From the NCBI GenBank assembly GCA_005791875.1, contig SXTU01000063.1, positions 15,347-79,346 on the forward strand: DNA of 64,000 nt, in the 5' to 3' direction. The first letter of the stretch is position 1, and each line of letters begins with the position of its first letter. The position numbers and the translations under genes were made by a program. The notes below the pieces were generated by a model that saw only the letters and a program-made list of their open reading frames with translations, was not told where the DNA came from and did no database searches. The DNA comes from Verrucomicrobiales bacterium. Lineage in GTDB: Bacteria > Verrucomicrobiota > Verrucomicrobiia > Limisphaerales > SXTU01. Below are positions 27,984 to 38,083 of the stretch, piece by piece.

Positions 27984-30125
27984 TCAAGGGCGCGGCCGCA
28001 GCTTCACTGCTGCGGCGCGTGGCTTCGCCTTGTTGGACCGGCCCTTGGGCGCGGAGCCATTCGATGCCAGGCGGATGAACTCCGTCTGGCTGCGCACGGC
28101 CTTCGCACCGCATTTCGGGGTCGCGCGTTGGTAAGTGCCGTCGGCTTGCAGCACGCGGGCCTTCACGGTGTCGGCCAGCACGGTGTCGAGCAGTTCGCGC
28201 TTCACGCGGTCGCGGAGGTTGCCGTCCTCGATCGGGAAGACGACCTCGACGCGGCGGAAGAAATTGCGCGGCATCCAGTCGGCGCTGCCGACGAAGACCT
28301 CCGGCTGGCAGGCGTTTTCGAAGTAGAAGATGCGGCTGTGCTCGAGGAAGCGGTCCACGACGCTGCGCACGGTGATGCGCTCGCTCACACCCTTCACGCC
28401 GGGGCGCAGGCAGCAGATGCCACGGACGATGAGGTCAATCTTCACGCCCGCCTGCGACGCGCGGTAGAGCGCCTCGATGATGTCGCGGTCCACGAGCGAG
28501 TTCAGCTTGGCGATGATGCGCGCGGGCAGGCCGCGCTTCGCGTTCGCGGACTCTCGCTCGATGAGCTTGAGCATTCGGCTGTGCAGCTCGAAGGGCGCGA
28601 CGAGGAATTTCCGCGTGCCTTGGAACTGGCAGATGCCCGTGAGCAGGTTGAAGAGCGACGACGCGTCGTTGCCGAACTCCGGGCGGCACGTCAGCAGGCC
28701 GAGGTCCGTGTAGAAGCGCGCGGTGGTGGCGTTGTAGTTGCCGGTGGCGAGGTGGACGTAGCGGCGGATGCCGTCAGCGTCGCGCCTCACGATGAGCGTC
28801 ATCTTGCCGTGGACCTTGTAGCCCACGAGGCCATAGACGACGTGGACACCCGCCTCTTCCAGCCGCCGCGCCCACGCGATGTTGTTGGCCTCATCGAAGC
28901 GGGCCTTCAGCTCGACGACGGCTGTGACCTGCTTGCCGTTGCGCACGGCGTTCATCAGCGCGCCGACGATGCGCGGGTCGCCGCCGGTGCGATAGAGCGT
29001 CATCTTGATGGCGAGCACGTCCGGGTCTTCCGCTGCCTGCGCGAGCAGTTCAACGACGCTGCTGAAGTTGTCGAACGGATGGTGCAGCAGCACGTCGCGC
29101 TCGCGGACGGCGGCGAAAAGGTCCGTCTGGTCACGCAGCGCGGGAGCCACGCGCGCGATGAACGGCGGGTCGCGCAGTTCCGGTGAATGGTCGCCCTCGA
29201 CAATGGCCATGAGCCGCACCGGGTTGATCGGGCCGTCAATGATGTAGAGGTCGTCCTCGGCGAGATGGAGTTTCTCCAGCAGCTCGGCGCGAATGTCCGG
29301 CGGGCAGTCGGCGGAGACCTCGAGTCGCACGGCCTCTCCCTTGCGGCGGTTGTGCAGCTCCTCCTCGACGGCTTTGATCAGGTTCGCGGTGTCCTCCTCG
29401 TCAATGTAAAGCTCGCTGTTGCGCGTGACGCGGAACTGCCAGTGGCCGAGCAGCTTCGTCCCCGGAAACAGGTCAGCGAGATAGTGGCCGACGAGGTGCG
29501 CCAGAAAGACGTAGTCCTGCCGTGAGTCGTCGCGCGGCAGCTTGACCAGCCGGGGCAGCGCGCGCGGCACCTGCACGACTGCGAGCCGCCGGTGGTTCCC
29601 GCTGTTCAGCCGCACCTCGATCTGCACGATGAGGTTGAGCGTCTTGTTGAGCAGTTGCGGGAAAGGATGCGCGGGGTCGAGACCGAGCGGCGTGAGGACG
29701 GGCCAGACTTGCGTATGGAAATAGCTTTCCATCCACACGCGGTCGGCAGGGCCAAGCTCGGCGACCCCGAGGAAGCGAATCCCATTCTCCGCGAGAGCGG
29801 GCACGAGCTGCTCGCGCCAGCAGCGGAACTGCGCCCCGACCATCTCGCGCACGCGGCGGTGGATGGCGCGGAATCCCTCGCTCGCGGTCAGTCCATCCAC
29901 GCTCCGCTCGACCACGTCGCTCTCGATCTGCTGCTTGATGCCGGCCACACGAACCTCGAAGAACTCGTCGAGGTTCGAGCTGGTGATGCAGAAGAACTTC
30001 ACGCGCTCGAGCAGCGGCGTGGTGGGGTCAAGCGCCTCGTCGAGCACGCGCTGGTTGAAGGCCAGCCAGCTCAACTCGCGGTTGAGGAAGTGCTCCGGTG
30101 CGAATCTGGTGACGGTGGTGGCCAT
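27984..30125 (-). CDS. ppk1: polyphosphate kinase 1
   Basis: Start at MATTVTRFAPEHFLNRELSWLAFNQRVLDEA (ATG 30125). Full-length similarity to PPK1, including two PLD-like C-terminal domains (HGKMTLI, HSRIFYF). Confidence 0.95.
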   Translation of the reverse strand: MATTVTRFAPEHFLNRELSWLAFNQRVLDEALDPTTPLLERVKFFCITSSNLDEFFEVRVAGIKQQIESDVVERSVDGLTASEGFRAIHRRVREMVGAQFRCWREQLVPALAENGIRFLGVAELGPADRVWMESYFHTQVWPVLTPLGLDPAHPFPQLLNKTLNLIVQIEVRLNSGNHRRLAVVQVPRALPRLVKLPRDDSRQDYVFLAHLVGHYLADLFPGTKLLGHWQFRVTRNSELYIDEEDTANLIKAVEEELHNRRKGEAVRLEVSADCPPDIRAELLEKLHLAEDDLYIIDGPINPVRLMAIVEGDHSPELRDPPFIARVAPALRDQTDLFAAVRERDVLLHHPFDNFSSVVELLAQAAEDPDVLAIKMTLYRTGGDPRIVGALMNAVRNGKQVTAVVELKARFDEANNIAWARRLEEAGVHVVYGLVGYKVHGKMTLIVRRDADGIRRYVHLATGNYNATTARFYTDLGLLTCRPEFGNDASSLFNLLTGICQFQGTRKFLVAPFELHSRMLKLIERESANAKRGLPARIIAKLNSLVDRDIIEALYRASQAGVKIDLIVRGICCLRPGVKGVSERITVRSVVDRFLEHSRIFYFENACQPEVFVGSADWMPRNFFRRVEVVFPIEDGNLRDRVKRELLDTVLADTVKARVLQADGTYQRATPKCGAKAVRSQTEFIRLASNGSAPKGRSNKAKPRAAAVKLRPRP

Positions 30126-30401
30126 GCCAAAGGGAGCGCAGCTTAGGCACGCGGCGTGTCGGTGGAAAGTGACAATTGCGTGGCGGGAACCGGAGCCAGC
30201 GCGAAACGCAGGCTCAGGCATTTCTCATTGGCCTGCCGGCGGATTCGACCCAGCCCTCGACAGCATTCAGGGGCGACGCGAGCCGCGCATCCGTCCGTGT
30301 CGAATTGCGCCCGCCGTGCTTCCAGCCTCGACCTTTCGTGCGTCCGCCATGACTCTCGTCCGCACAACGCACCGCTCTCACACCCTGACTGCTGCCAGCT
30401 T

Positions 30402-31586
30402 ATGTGGAATCGCCGCAACCTCCTCACCGCCCTCGCCCCCGCCGCCGCCAGCTTTGCCCTGCCGCACTCGGTTGCCGCTGCCGACAAAGTCGTGGCCAGC
30501 GTCGCGGACCGCACCAGCTCCATCCGCATCACCAAGCTCACCGCCACGCCGATGCAGCGGAAGGTCTATCTCAAGATCGAGACCAACCACGGCGTCACCG
30601 GCTGGGGCGAGATTGACCAGCTCGAGCCTTACGTCGCCGCGTTGCTGGCCAAGTCGCTCTTCGAGTTGCTCGACGGCGAGAACCCCACGCGCATCGAGTT
30701 CCTCTGGCAGAAGATTTACCGCTCGCACCGCGATATGCGCGGCGGGCCGTTCATGACGCACACGCTGGCGGGCATTGACATGGCGCTGTGGGACATCGCC
30801 GGGAAACTCTGGGGCGTGCCCATGTATCGGCTGCTCGGCGGCCCCACGCGCGACAAGGTCCGCGTGTATCCCTCCGCCACGGCGACGAAGGTGGGCGCGG
30901 GATCGGAGGAATTCTCCGGCACCCCCGCCGACATGGAGCGGCACGTGCGCAACATCGCCAACGCCCGCAAGCAGGTTGGCCCGGCGGGCATGGTGATGCT
31001 CGACGCCCACTGTGCGCTGCCGCCGCCGTTCCTCATCCAGCTCGCCGGCGCGATCCAGCCCTACGACGTGACTTACATCGAGGAACCCGCCGTGCCGGGG
31101 AACATCGAGGTCTTCAAGCGCATCAAGCAGCATGTCAAAATCCCGCTGGCCATCGGCGAGCAGGCGCGGACCATCTGGGACGTGATTCCCTATCTCCAAG
31201 AGCGGATCGGCGATTTCCTTCAAGTGGACATGGCGCACACGGGTGGGCCGTCGCAGTTGCTGAAAATCGCCATGCTCGGCGAGGCCTATCACGTCCCCAT
31301 CGCGCCGCATTCTGTCACGACCGACCTCGGCATGTCCGCGAGCCTGCACGTCTCGGCATCCGTGCCGCTCTTCCTCATCCACGAATACTACCCGAGCATC
31401 ACGCCGAAGGACTTGATTCGGAAAAGCTGGGAAGTGGACAAGGATGGCTACGCCTCGCTGCCCACCACACCCGGCCTCGGCTGCGAGGTCAACGAAGCGC
31501 GGCTCGAAGAAATCTCCCGCACACCCGCCAAGCCCGAGTGGCCCACGCGCGGCCGGCTCAAGGACGGCTCCATCGCGGACTACTAA
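30402..31586 (+). CDS. enolase-superfamily (mandelate racemase/muconate lactonizing, sugar-acid dehydratase-like) enzyme with a Tat-type signal peptide
   Basis: Start at MWNRRNLLTALAPAAASFALPHSVAAA (ATG 30402). Motifs: GVTGWGE, IDMALWDIAGKLWGVPMYRLLGG, DAH..., YIEEP, and IAxGE. Confidence 0.85.
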   Translation: MWNRRNLLTALAPAAASFALPHSVAAADKVVASVADRTSSIRITKLTATPMQRKVYLKIETNHGVTGWGEIDQLEPYVAALLAKSLFELLDGENPTRIEFLWQKIYRSHRDMRGGPFMTHTLAGIDMALWDIAGKLWGVPMYRLLGGPTRDKVRVYPSATATKVGAGSEEFSGTPADMERHVRNIANARKQVGPAGMVMLDAHCALPPPFLIQLAGAIQPYDVTYIEEPAVPGNIEVFKRIKQHVKIPLAIGEQARTIWDVIPYLQERIGDFLQVDMAHTGGPSQLLKIAMLGEAYHVPIAPHSVTTDLGMSASLHVSASVPLFLIHEYYPSITPKDLIRKSWEVDKDGYASLPTTPGLGCEVNEARLEEISRTPAKPEWPTRGRLKDGSIADY

Positions 31587-31603
31587 GCCGGAAAGATGCA
31601 GAT

Positions 31604-31762
31604 GGAGCGCTGGCTTCCAAGCCGGCTTTGCGAGTTCGGAGGAGGGAGGGCCAAGTCAAGCAGGCGGCATTGAGCAGCAACCAATAGGTGCGCAGAAGGT
31701 CACAGACCAAACGCACGCAATCGTTCCGTCCCGACCCAAGCTGGCTTGAAAGCCGGCGCTCC
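31604..31762. repeat. 25-nt inverted repeat pair between convergent genes
   Basis: ggagcgctggcttccaagccggctt (31604-31628) pairs with aagctggcttgaaagccggcgctcc (31738-31762). Confidence 0.65.
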
Positions 31763-31763
31763 A

Positions 31764-33233
31764 TCACTTGCTCCGCTCCGCCCTGCGCCGGTAGAAGAAG
31801 TAAATCGGCACGCCGATGAGCACCAGCGCGGTGCCGAGCGCGAAGTTGAGCAGGCCGGGCTTTCCCGCCGCCAACGCCGCACGATATGTGTTCACGTCGT
31901 TCACTATGGTCAGCACGAGGAACACGGCGGAGAACGCGACGAAGATTCCCGGCACCCACGGATAGCCCGGCACCTTGTAGGGACGCGGCGCGTCCGGCTC
32001 CTTGCGGCGCAGGACGAAGACGCCATACGCGCCGAGGCCGTAGAAAATCCAGCTCACGAAGATGAGCGTGTCCGTCAGCGTGTCGAACGTCCCGGTGAAC
32101 ACGAGGGCGATGCTCCACAGCCCTTGCACGACCAGTGATGCCGCCGGGGTGTGGAAGCGCGGATGCACCCGGCCCAGCATGGCGGGGAAGAGATTGCGTC
32201 GCGCCATCGTGAAATACACCCGGGCGCTGGCGAGGATGGTCGCGTTGTTCGCTCCGAAGGTGGAAATCATCACCACCACTGCAATCCACTTGCCGCCACC
32301 GCTCATCACGCGCTCGGCCACGTCGGCGGCGACCAGCTTCGACTGCGCCATCAGCTCGGCGGGCAGCACCCAGCAATACGCGAGGTTCAGCCCCAGATAA
32401 ATCCCCGTCACGATGAACATCCCCAGCACCGTTGCCCTCGGCACATTCCGCTGCGGGTCACGCACCTCCCCCGCGCAAAACGTCGTCTTCACCCAGCCGT
32501 CATACGCCCAGAACGCGCCTTGCAGCGCCGCCGCGATGGCCACCGCGAGTTCAAACCCGTGCTTCTGCAACGCCGGCACGCACGTGGACAAGTTTGCCAC
32601 GCTCCCGCCCGCGCCCGTCACGAGGAATGCCGCGAGGAACAGCGCCGCCATGCCCGCGAGCTTCGCGACCGTGAAGATGTTCTGCACCGCGCCGCCGAAG
32701 CGCACGCCGAGATAGTTCACCGTCGTCAGCACCACGATGACAAACGCCGCGAGACACTTCACACCGAACTCCTTCATCGGCGCGATGTCCCCGATGAACG
32801 GGACATGGAACGACCACTCCGCCGCCGCGCTGCTGAGTTCCGGCAGCGGTTGGAGCTTGGTGCAATACTCTGCGAACACATACGCTAGCGCCGCGATGCT
32901 CCCCGTCTGAATCACCGCGAAGACCGCCCAGCCGAACAGGTAGGCGACGAACGGCCCATACATTCTCTCGAAGAACACATACTGGCCGCCGGTCTCCGAG
33001 ATGAAGCTGGAAATCTCCGCATTGGTCAGCGCGCCGAAGAGCGTGATGACGCCCGCGAGCACCCACACCGCTAGCAGCAGCTCCGTGGACCCGAGCTGCC
33101 CCGCCATCACGCCCGGTTTCCGGAAGATGCCCGACCCGATGACGCCCCCCACCACGAGCATCGTCGTGGTGAACAGGCCGAGCGTGGGGAGCAACTGGCC
33201 GGGGCTTGGCGTGGCGGCGGTGGGCTGGGACAT
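31764..33233 (-). CDS. APC-family amino acid permease
   Basis: 489 aa with about 12 TM helices. N-terminal GGVIGSGIFRKPG motif, typical of amino acid/polyamine/organocation transporters. Confidence 0.9.
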   Translation of the reverse strand: MSQPTAATPSPGQLLPTLGLFTTTMLVVGGVIGSGIFRKPGVMAGQLGSTELLLAVWVLAGVITLFGALTNAEISSFISETGGQYVFFERMYGPFVAYLFGWAVFAVIQTGSIAALAYVFAEYCTKLQPLPELSSAAAEWSFHVPFIGDIAPMKEFGVKCLAAFVIVVLTTVNYLGVRFGGAVQNIFTVAKLAGMAALFLAAFLVTGAGGSVANLSTCVPALQKHGFELAVAIAAALQGAFWAYDGWVKTTFCAGEVRDPQRNVPRATVLGMFIVTGIYLGLNLAYCWVLPAELMAQSKLVAADVAERVMSGGGKWIAVVVMISTFGANNATILASARVYFTMARRNLFPAMLGRVHPRFHTPAASLVVQGLWSIALVFTGTFDTLTDTLIFVSWIFYGLGAYGVFVLRRKEPDAPRPYKVPGYPWVPGIFVAFSAVFLVLTIVNDVNTYRAALAAGKPGLLNFALGTALVLIGVPIYFFYRRRAERSK

Positions 33234-33389
33234 CGGAGAAGTGTTACGCGTTCCGGGGTTGGGGGGAAGAAATCAGTGTTCTGTATCAGAAGGCAATGGA
33301 GTTCCCTCACCGACTGTCCACTGAACTCTAAATCGTTCCGGCTTGGTCGGAATGATGCAGCGGGGTTCAGGGCAAACTCAGCGGGCGCA

Positions 33390-34540
33390 TCACAAGGTCT
33401 TGAGATACTCGATCAAGGCCCACCGGTTGTCGTCGCTCGCGATTCGGGACCAGAAATCGTGCCCTTGATTTCCGTTGCCCAAGCGCCGGGTGTTAAACCA
33501 ATCACGGTCATCACCGTGCGCGCGGAGCAAGTGCGCCTTGTCGCGCGCCTGTGTTGCTGGCATCTCCGGGTTAAGCGCCTGGCCCACCTTCGGTTTGTCC
33601 AGCTTGCGAGCCGCAAGCACACTGAACACGCCCGGCCTTTCGGAAGCGGGGCCGAGCAGATGGTAGAGCGTCGGCACGCTGCCGTTGTGCAAGTAGGGGA
33701 AGTTGGCCCAGACGCCGGTCAAGGGTGTTGCTGCGTAGCCTTTGCTCCGGCTCAACTGTCCTTCCTTCGCGATCGGGCTGCCGTTGAAGGCGGCGGTGAA
33801 TCCGGCGTTGACTATTTCCATGCGGTCGGGATCGGTGCCGACCTCCGTGTGGAGGCCGGTCCAACGGATGTTGCCCTGCCCGTCGTAGGTTCCGTGGCAG
33901 GTGGCGCAGCCGAGCTTGTCTGACTCTAACAGGGCCTTGCCCTTGGCAGCCAGGCTGGCATCCACGGGGTAGGGATAACGCGGCGGGCGCAGGTGTTGGA
34001 TGACGCTCTTGAAGTCCGCCTGAATGGTCGGTAGCACCGAGGTGGCGAGCTTGTCGAAGGATTGGTCCAGTGCCAGTTCCATGGAGGAGGCCATGAGGGG
34101 AAAGGTGCCTTGGAAGCTGCCGTCACAATACCAGCGTTGGAAGGGCATCTTGGCTGCCGCATGCCAGAGGGGCGAGGTCTTGACGTCGCCGCGACCGACC
34201 TCACCGGCTGCCGGCATGGCCCCGCCGTGCGCCCGCATGTGCATCTCGACATGGGAGGCGGGGAACGCCGTGGAGCGTCCGCGGGTCAGCGGATCAAACG
34301 CCGGGTGATGGTGGCGGCGAAGGATTTCGTGCGCGCTCCTGGCCGTGGCCCTGTCGAGCGGATCGGCGCGGAGGGCGGTGAGTTGCGCGAGATCCGTCAC
34401 GTGTTGCGCGGCCTTGCCCAGAATCATTTCGTCGAGGGTCTTGGTGCCGGCACCGAGGTAGGCGACGCCATCTATCTCCGCCATGTGACACGCGAGGCAG
34501 TTAACAGATACCTGCGAAACAAAGTTACTGGAGAATCGCT
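33390..34540 (-). pseudogene. di-heme cytochrome c (peroxidase-like) family gene lacking its 5' end
   Basis: The track ORF starts at ATG 34484, but the frame stays open upstream and reads ...FSSNFVSQVSVNCLACH-M. A first CxxCH heme motif therefore lies just 5' of the only start codon. No start codon or signal peptide exists before the upstream TGA. A second motif, CATCHG, is internal. Confidence 0.6.
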
Positions 34541-35086
34541 CGCTCCTCGAACGGCCGGGAGCTGCAGCACGACGGCCAGCACGATGACGTAAACGGCTTC
34601 ATAGAGTTGGGTCGGGTGCCGCACCACCCCATCTCCAAAATCCACCCCCCAAGGCAAGGCGGTTGCAACGCCGTGGGTTTGATCGTCAAGCCCCGTGAGA
34701 AAGCACCCGATGCGCGCGATGGCGGCGCCGACCGCGAGTGGATACACGAAGAACTCCCCGGTCTGCGTGCGCAACTGGAGCCGGTTTTTCACGAACTCGA
34801 TTCCCGCCCAGCCGCCGAGGATCGCCCCGATGGTGCTCTTGCCGTTCGTCAGGAGTCGGTCCCAAGAGTTGCCGGCCGCAAGGTCGCGGAGGCCTGCGAG
34901 CAGCACCACGACCTTGGAGCCGAGCCATGCGCCGAACAGGCAGCCACAGATCAACCAGAAGATCGTCTCCAGCGGAAACGGGGCGCGCCCAGCCCGACGG
35001 CGAATGTAGAAATACAGCCCAACCGCACATCCGTATGCGATGGCTTCGAAAACCATGTGCGGATTCAGCGCGAGTTGCAGATTCAT
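34472..35086 (-). CDS. Lgt (prolipoprotein diacylglyceryl transferase) family protein, apparently C-terminally truncated
   Basis: ATG 35086 gives MNLQLALNPHMVFEAIAYG.... Motifs GKSTIGAILGG, RIGCFLTG, LPWGVDF and RHPTQLYE are present. Only about 40 residues follow HPTQLYE, whereas my recollection is that family members continue for about 60-80 aa. Confidence 0.5.
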   Translation of the reverse strand: MNLQLALNPHMVFEAIAYGCAVGLYFYIRRRAGRAPFPLETIFWLICGCLFGAWLGSKVVVLLAGLRDLAAGNSWDRLLTNGKSTIGAILGGWAGIEFVKNRLQLRTQTGEFFVYPLAVGAAIARIGCFLTGLDDQTHGVATALPWGVDFGDGVVRHPTQLYEAVYVIVLAVVLQLPAVRGASDSPVTLFRRYLLTASRVTWRR

Positions 35087-36065
35087 GCCGTTGGCACTGG
35101 GGAACGCAGCGAGTCTAGCCCCCGCCATCGCGCGCGAGCTGCAAAAGATCCGGCTGCCCATCGTGGACATAAGCGCCGCGCGCCTTGTGCCGTCGCTGCC
35201 GTGGTTCGAGACGGATGACGCGGCCATCGCGCAGATGGCGTTCGAGCACTTGCGGGAGCGCGGCTTCCGCAACTTCGCCTTCTGCGGCGACCGGCGGTTC
35301 AACTGGTCCACCTGGCGGCAGGAGCATTTCGAGCGCGCCGTCCGAGCCGAGGGTGGCAACTGCATTCCTTACGAGCCGGCGGGCAGCCGCGCCGCCGACC
35401 ACGATGAGACCGAGGAGATCGCCCGGTGGATTCGCAAGCTGCCCAAGCCTGTCGGCGTCATGGCCTGCTACGACCTGCGCGGCACGCAGGTGCTAGACGC
35501 CTGCCGCCGTCTCGCAGTCCCCGTGCCCGACGAGGTCGCCGTCGTGGGCGCGGACAACGACGAGCTTCTCTGCGAGCTGGCGCACCCGCCGCTCTCGAGC
35601 GTGATCCCGAACACCCGCCGCACCGGCTACGAGGGCGCTGCGCTGCTCGACACCTTGATGAGCGGTGGCAAGGCCCGCGGCGAGACGCACCTCATTCCCC
35701 CGCTCGGCGTCGCCACGCGCCAGTCCACGGACGTGCTGGCCATCGAGGACCAGCACGTCTCGCGCGCCGTGCGTTTCATCCGCGAGCACGCCTGCGACGG
35801 CATCAACGTGCAGGACGTGCTGCACGCCGTGCCGCAGTCGCGTCGGCTGCTGGAGGCGCGCATCCGCAAGCTGCCCGGTCGCACACCGCACGAGGAAATC
35901 CTCCGCGTCCAGCTCCACCGCGTGAAGCAGCTGCTGACCGAGACCGACCTGACGCTCGAGGCCATCGCCGAGCGCACGGGCTTCAACCACAGGGAGTATC
36001 TCAGTGTTGTCTTCCGCCGCGAGATCAGCACGCCGCCCAGCCGCTACCGTGAGCAGAACCGGTGA
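35040..36065 (+). CDS. XylR-like regulator (periplasmic-binding-protein-like sensor domain + AraC-type HTH), apparently N-terminally truncated
   Basis: Homology begins at about 35118 (ELQKIRLPIVDISAARLVPSLPWFETDDAAIAQMAFEHLRERGFRNFAFCGD). The C-terminal AraC HTH is EAIAERTGFNHREYLSVVFRREISTPPSRYR. The first ~26 codons are antisense to the Lgt-like N-terminus. Confidence 0.7.
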   Translation: MASKTMCGFSASCRFMPLALGNAASLAPAIARELQKIRLPIVDISAARLVPSLPWFETDDAAIAQMAFEHLRERGFRNFAFCGDRRFNWSTWRQEHFERAVRAEGGNCIPYEPAGSRAADHDETEEIARWIRKLPKPVGVMACYDLRGTQVLDACRRLAVPVPDEVAVVGADNDELLCELAHPPLSSVIPNTRRTGYEGAALLDTLMSGGKARGETHLIPPLGVATRQSTDVLAIEDQHVSRAVRFIREHACDGINVQDVLHAVPQSRRLLEARIRKLPGRTPHEEILRVQLHRVKQLLTETDLTLEAIAERTGFNHREYLSVVFRREISTPPSRYREQNR

Positions 36066-36074
36066 GAGTCGTGA

Positions 36075-36154
36075 GGGCGGACACTCCTGTCCCCCATCAG
36101 CGCGCCCGTCGCACCCTTTCGGCATTTTTTCAAAGGGGACAAGAGTGTCCCCGC
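36075..36154. repeat. GGACA-type inverted repeat
   Basis: gggcggacactcctgtcccc (36075-36094) pairs with ggggacaagagtgtccccgc (36135-36154). It is related to the ggcggacaaag.../...ctttgtccg hairpin at 16416-16479. Confidence 0.6.
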
Positions 36155-36237
36155 TACTCTGCAGCGCGCGGCTTGCAGCTCGGAAGTTTTCAGCAATATT
36201 CTCGAACGACTACGCACGGCGCGCAGTCGAAACGCAG

Positions 36238-37854
36238 ATGTTTTCAAATCGTCACGGCCTGACCCGACGCCTGACCCTCCGGCTCCTCGCCGGAATTGCG
36301 GCGCTGCTGCTCGCCACCCACGCGCGCGCCGCGCAGCACGACGATGCCGACCAGGTCTTTTTCCGTGAGGGTCGCATCCCCAAGCTCCGCATCGAGATTT
36401 CCCCCGCCGAGCTGGCCAAGCTCAACAAGGACAACCGCTCCTTCGTCCGTTGCACGATCCGCGAGGGCGACGAGTTCATCTACAGCGAGGTGGGCATCCA
36501 CCTCAAGGGCGCGGCAGGCAGCTTCCGCCCCGTCGGCGACCGCCCGGCGCTCACGCTCAACTTCGACAAGTTCCGCGAGAAGCAGAAATTCCACGGCCTC
36601 GACAAGTTGCACCTGAACAACTCCGTGCAGGACGGCAGCTATCTCTGCGAGCATCTCGCCTCCGTGATCTTCAATGCCGGCGGCGTCCCCGCGCCCCGCA
36701 TCTCGCACGCGCGCGTCTGGCTCAATGGGCGCGACCTCGGCTTCTACGTGCTCAAAGAGGGCTTCGACACGCAGTTCCTCCTGAACCAGTTCGGCAGCAA
36801 GTCCGGCAACTTCTACGACGGCGGTTTCTGCGCGGACCTCGACCAGAAGAAGTCCCGCAAGTCCGGCCCCGGCCCCGACGAGCAGGCGGACTTGAAGGCA
36901 CTCGTCGCCGCCGCGCGCGAGCCGGACCTCGCCAAGCGCGCCGAACGGCTCAACCAGACGCTCGCGATTGACCAGTTCCTCTCGCTCGTCGCCATGGAGA
37001 TGATGACCGCGCACTGGGACGGCTACGCGCGCAACCGCAACAACTACCGCCTCTACAACCATCCGGCTGTGAACAAGATCGTTTTCCTCCCATCGGGCAT
37101 GGACCAGCTCTTCGGCGATCCGAACTTCCCGGTCTTCGACAGCATGGGCGGCCTCGTCACAAGCGGCCTCTGGCAGTTGCCGCAGATCAAGCTCCAGTAT
37201 CGTGACCGCGTCGGCCAGATTCTCACGAACGTCTTCACCGCCGAGTTCCTCACGAACGAGATTGCCAAGGTCCACACGCGCGTCCGCCCCCTGCTGGCCG
37301 AGATCAACGAGGGCTCGGCCAAGAACTTCGACAACGCCGCGCGTGACATGAACAACCGCGTGCTCGCGCGCATCACCGGCATTCAGAAGCAGCTCGGCAT
37401 CCAGCCCATGAAGCCCTTGAAGCCCGACGCCAACGGCGCGTTCAAGCTCGCCAAGTGGGAGGCGCAGGCCGACGCCGGCGAGCCGAAGATGGCCGACGCC
37501 GCCGACCACGGCGGCGTGAAGTCCCTCGAGATCAACCTGGAGAAGCCCGACCGCGTCGTCGCCTCGTGGCGCTCGCGCGTGCTGCTGGACGCGGGCAAGT
37601 ATCGCTTCGAGGGCAAGATCGCGACCAAGGGCGTCGTGCCGTTGAAGGAGCCGACGGGCGAGGGCGCGGGCCTGCGAATCTCCGGCTCCTCGCGTCCGAA
37701 CCAGCTCAGTGGCGACAGTGACTGGAAGAAAGTCACCTTCGAGTTTGACGTGCCAACCGCCTCGACCGAGGTCGTCCTGGTCTGCGAGCTGCGCGCCGAG
37801 AAGGGCCGCGCGTGGTTCGACCTCGGCTCCCTCCAGATCGTCCGGCAGAATTGA
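36238..37854 (+). CDS. CotH-family (atypical kinase fold) secreted protein
   Basis: Start MFSNRHGLTRRLTLRLLAGIAALLLATHARA. Motifs LNFDKFREKQKFHGLDKLHLNN, MTAHWDGYARNRNNYRLY and LPSGMDQLF. Confidence 0.85.
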   Translation: MFSNRHGLTRRLTLRLLAGIAALLLATHARAAQHDDADQVFFREGRIPKLRIEISPAELAKLNKDNRSFVRCTIREGDEFIYSEVGIHLKGAAGSFRPVGDRPALTLNFDKFREKQKFHGLDKLHLNNSVQDGSYLCEHLASVIFNAGGVPAPRISHARVWLNGRDLGFYVLKEGFDTQFLLNQFGSKSGNFYDGGFCADLDQKKSRKSGPGPDEQADLKALVAAAREPDLAKRAERLNQTLAIDQFLSLVAMEMMTAHWDGYARNRNNYRLYNHPAVNKIVFLPSGMDQLFGDPNFPVFDSMGGLVTSGLWQLPQIKLQYRDRVGQILTNVFTAEFLTNEIAKVHTRVRPLLAEINEGSAKNFDNAARDMNNRVLARITGIQKQLGIQPMKPLKPDANGAFKLAKWEAQADAGEPKMADAADHGGVKSLEINLEKPDRVVASWRSRVLLDAGKYRFEGKIATKGVVPLKEPTGEGAGLRISGSSRPNQLSGDSDWKKVTFEFDVPTASTEVVLVCELRAEKGRAWFDLGSLQIVRQN

Positions 37855-37872
37855 CCAGGCGGATGCGGGGCA

Positions 37873-37940
37873 AGTAATGAGTAATTAGTAGTGAGTGCGT
37901 CGCGCGGATGTCCCAGACCAACTAATCACTAATTACTAAC
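37873..37940. repeat. inverted pair of AGT-phased heptamer arrays between convergent genes
   Basis: Plus strand, 37873-37900: AGTAATG AGTAATT AGTAGTG AGTGCGT. Minus strand, within 37917-37940: AGTAATT AGTGATT AGTTGG. Confidence 0.85.
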
Positions 37941-38083
37941 GACTTTCTCCTCCGACCTCGGCGACTGCTGGGTTCACTCACGCTCGGCTCCACGGCAGGC
38001 GAGGCCGCGCTCGCCACGGGTTCACGGAAAAGAAAAAGGGCGCGGGTGATGTCCGCGCCCTTCGAAGTTGAACCAAGTCCGGC

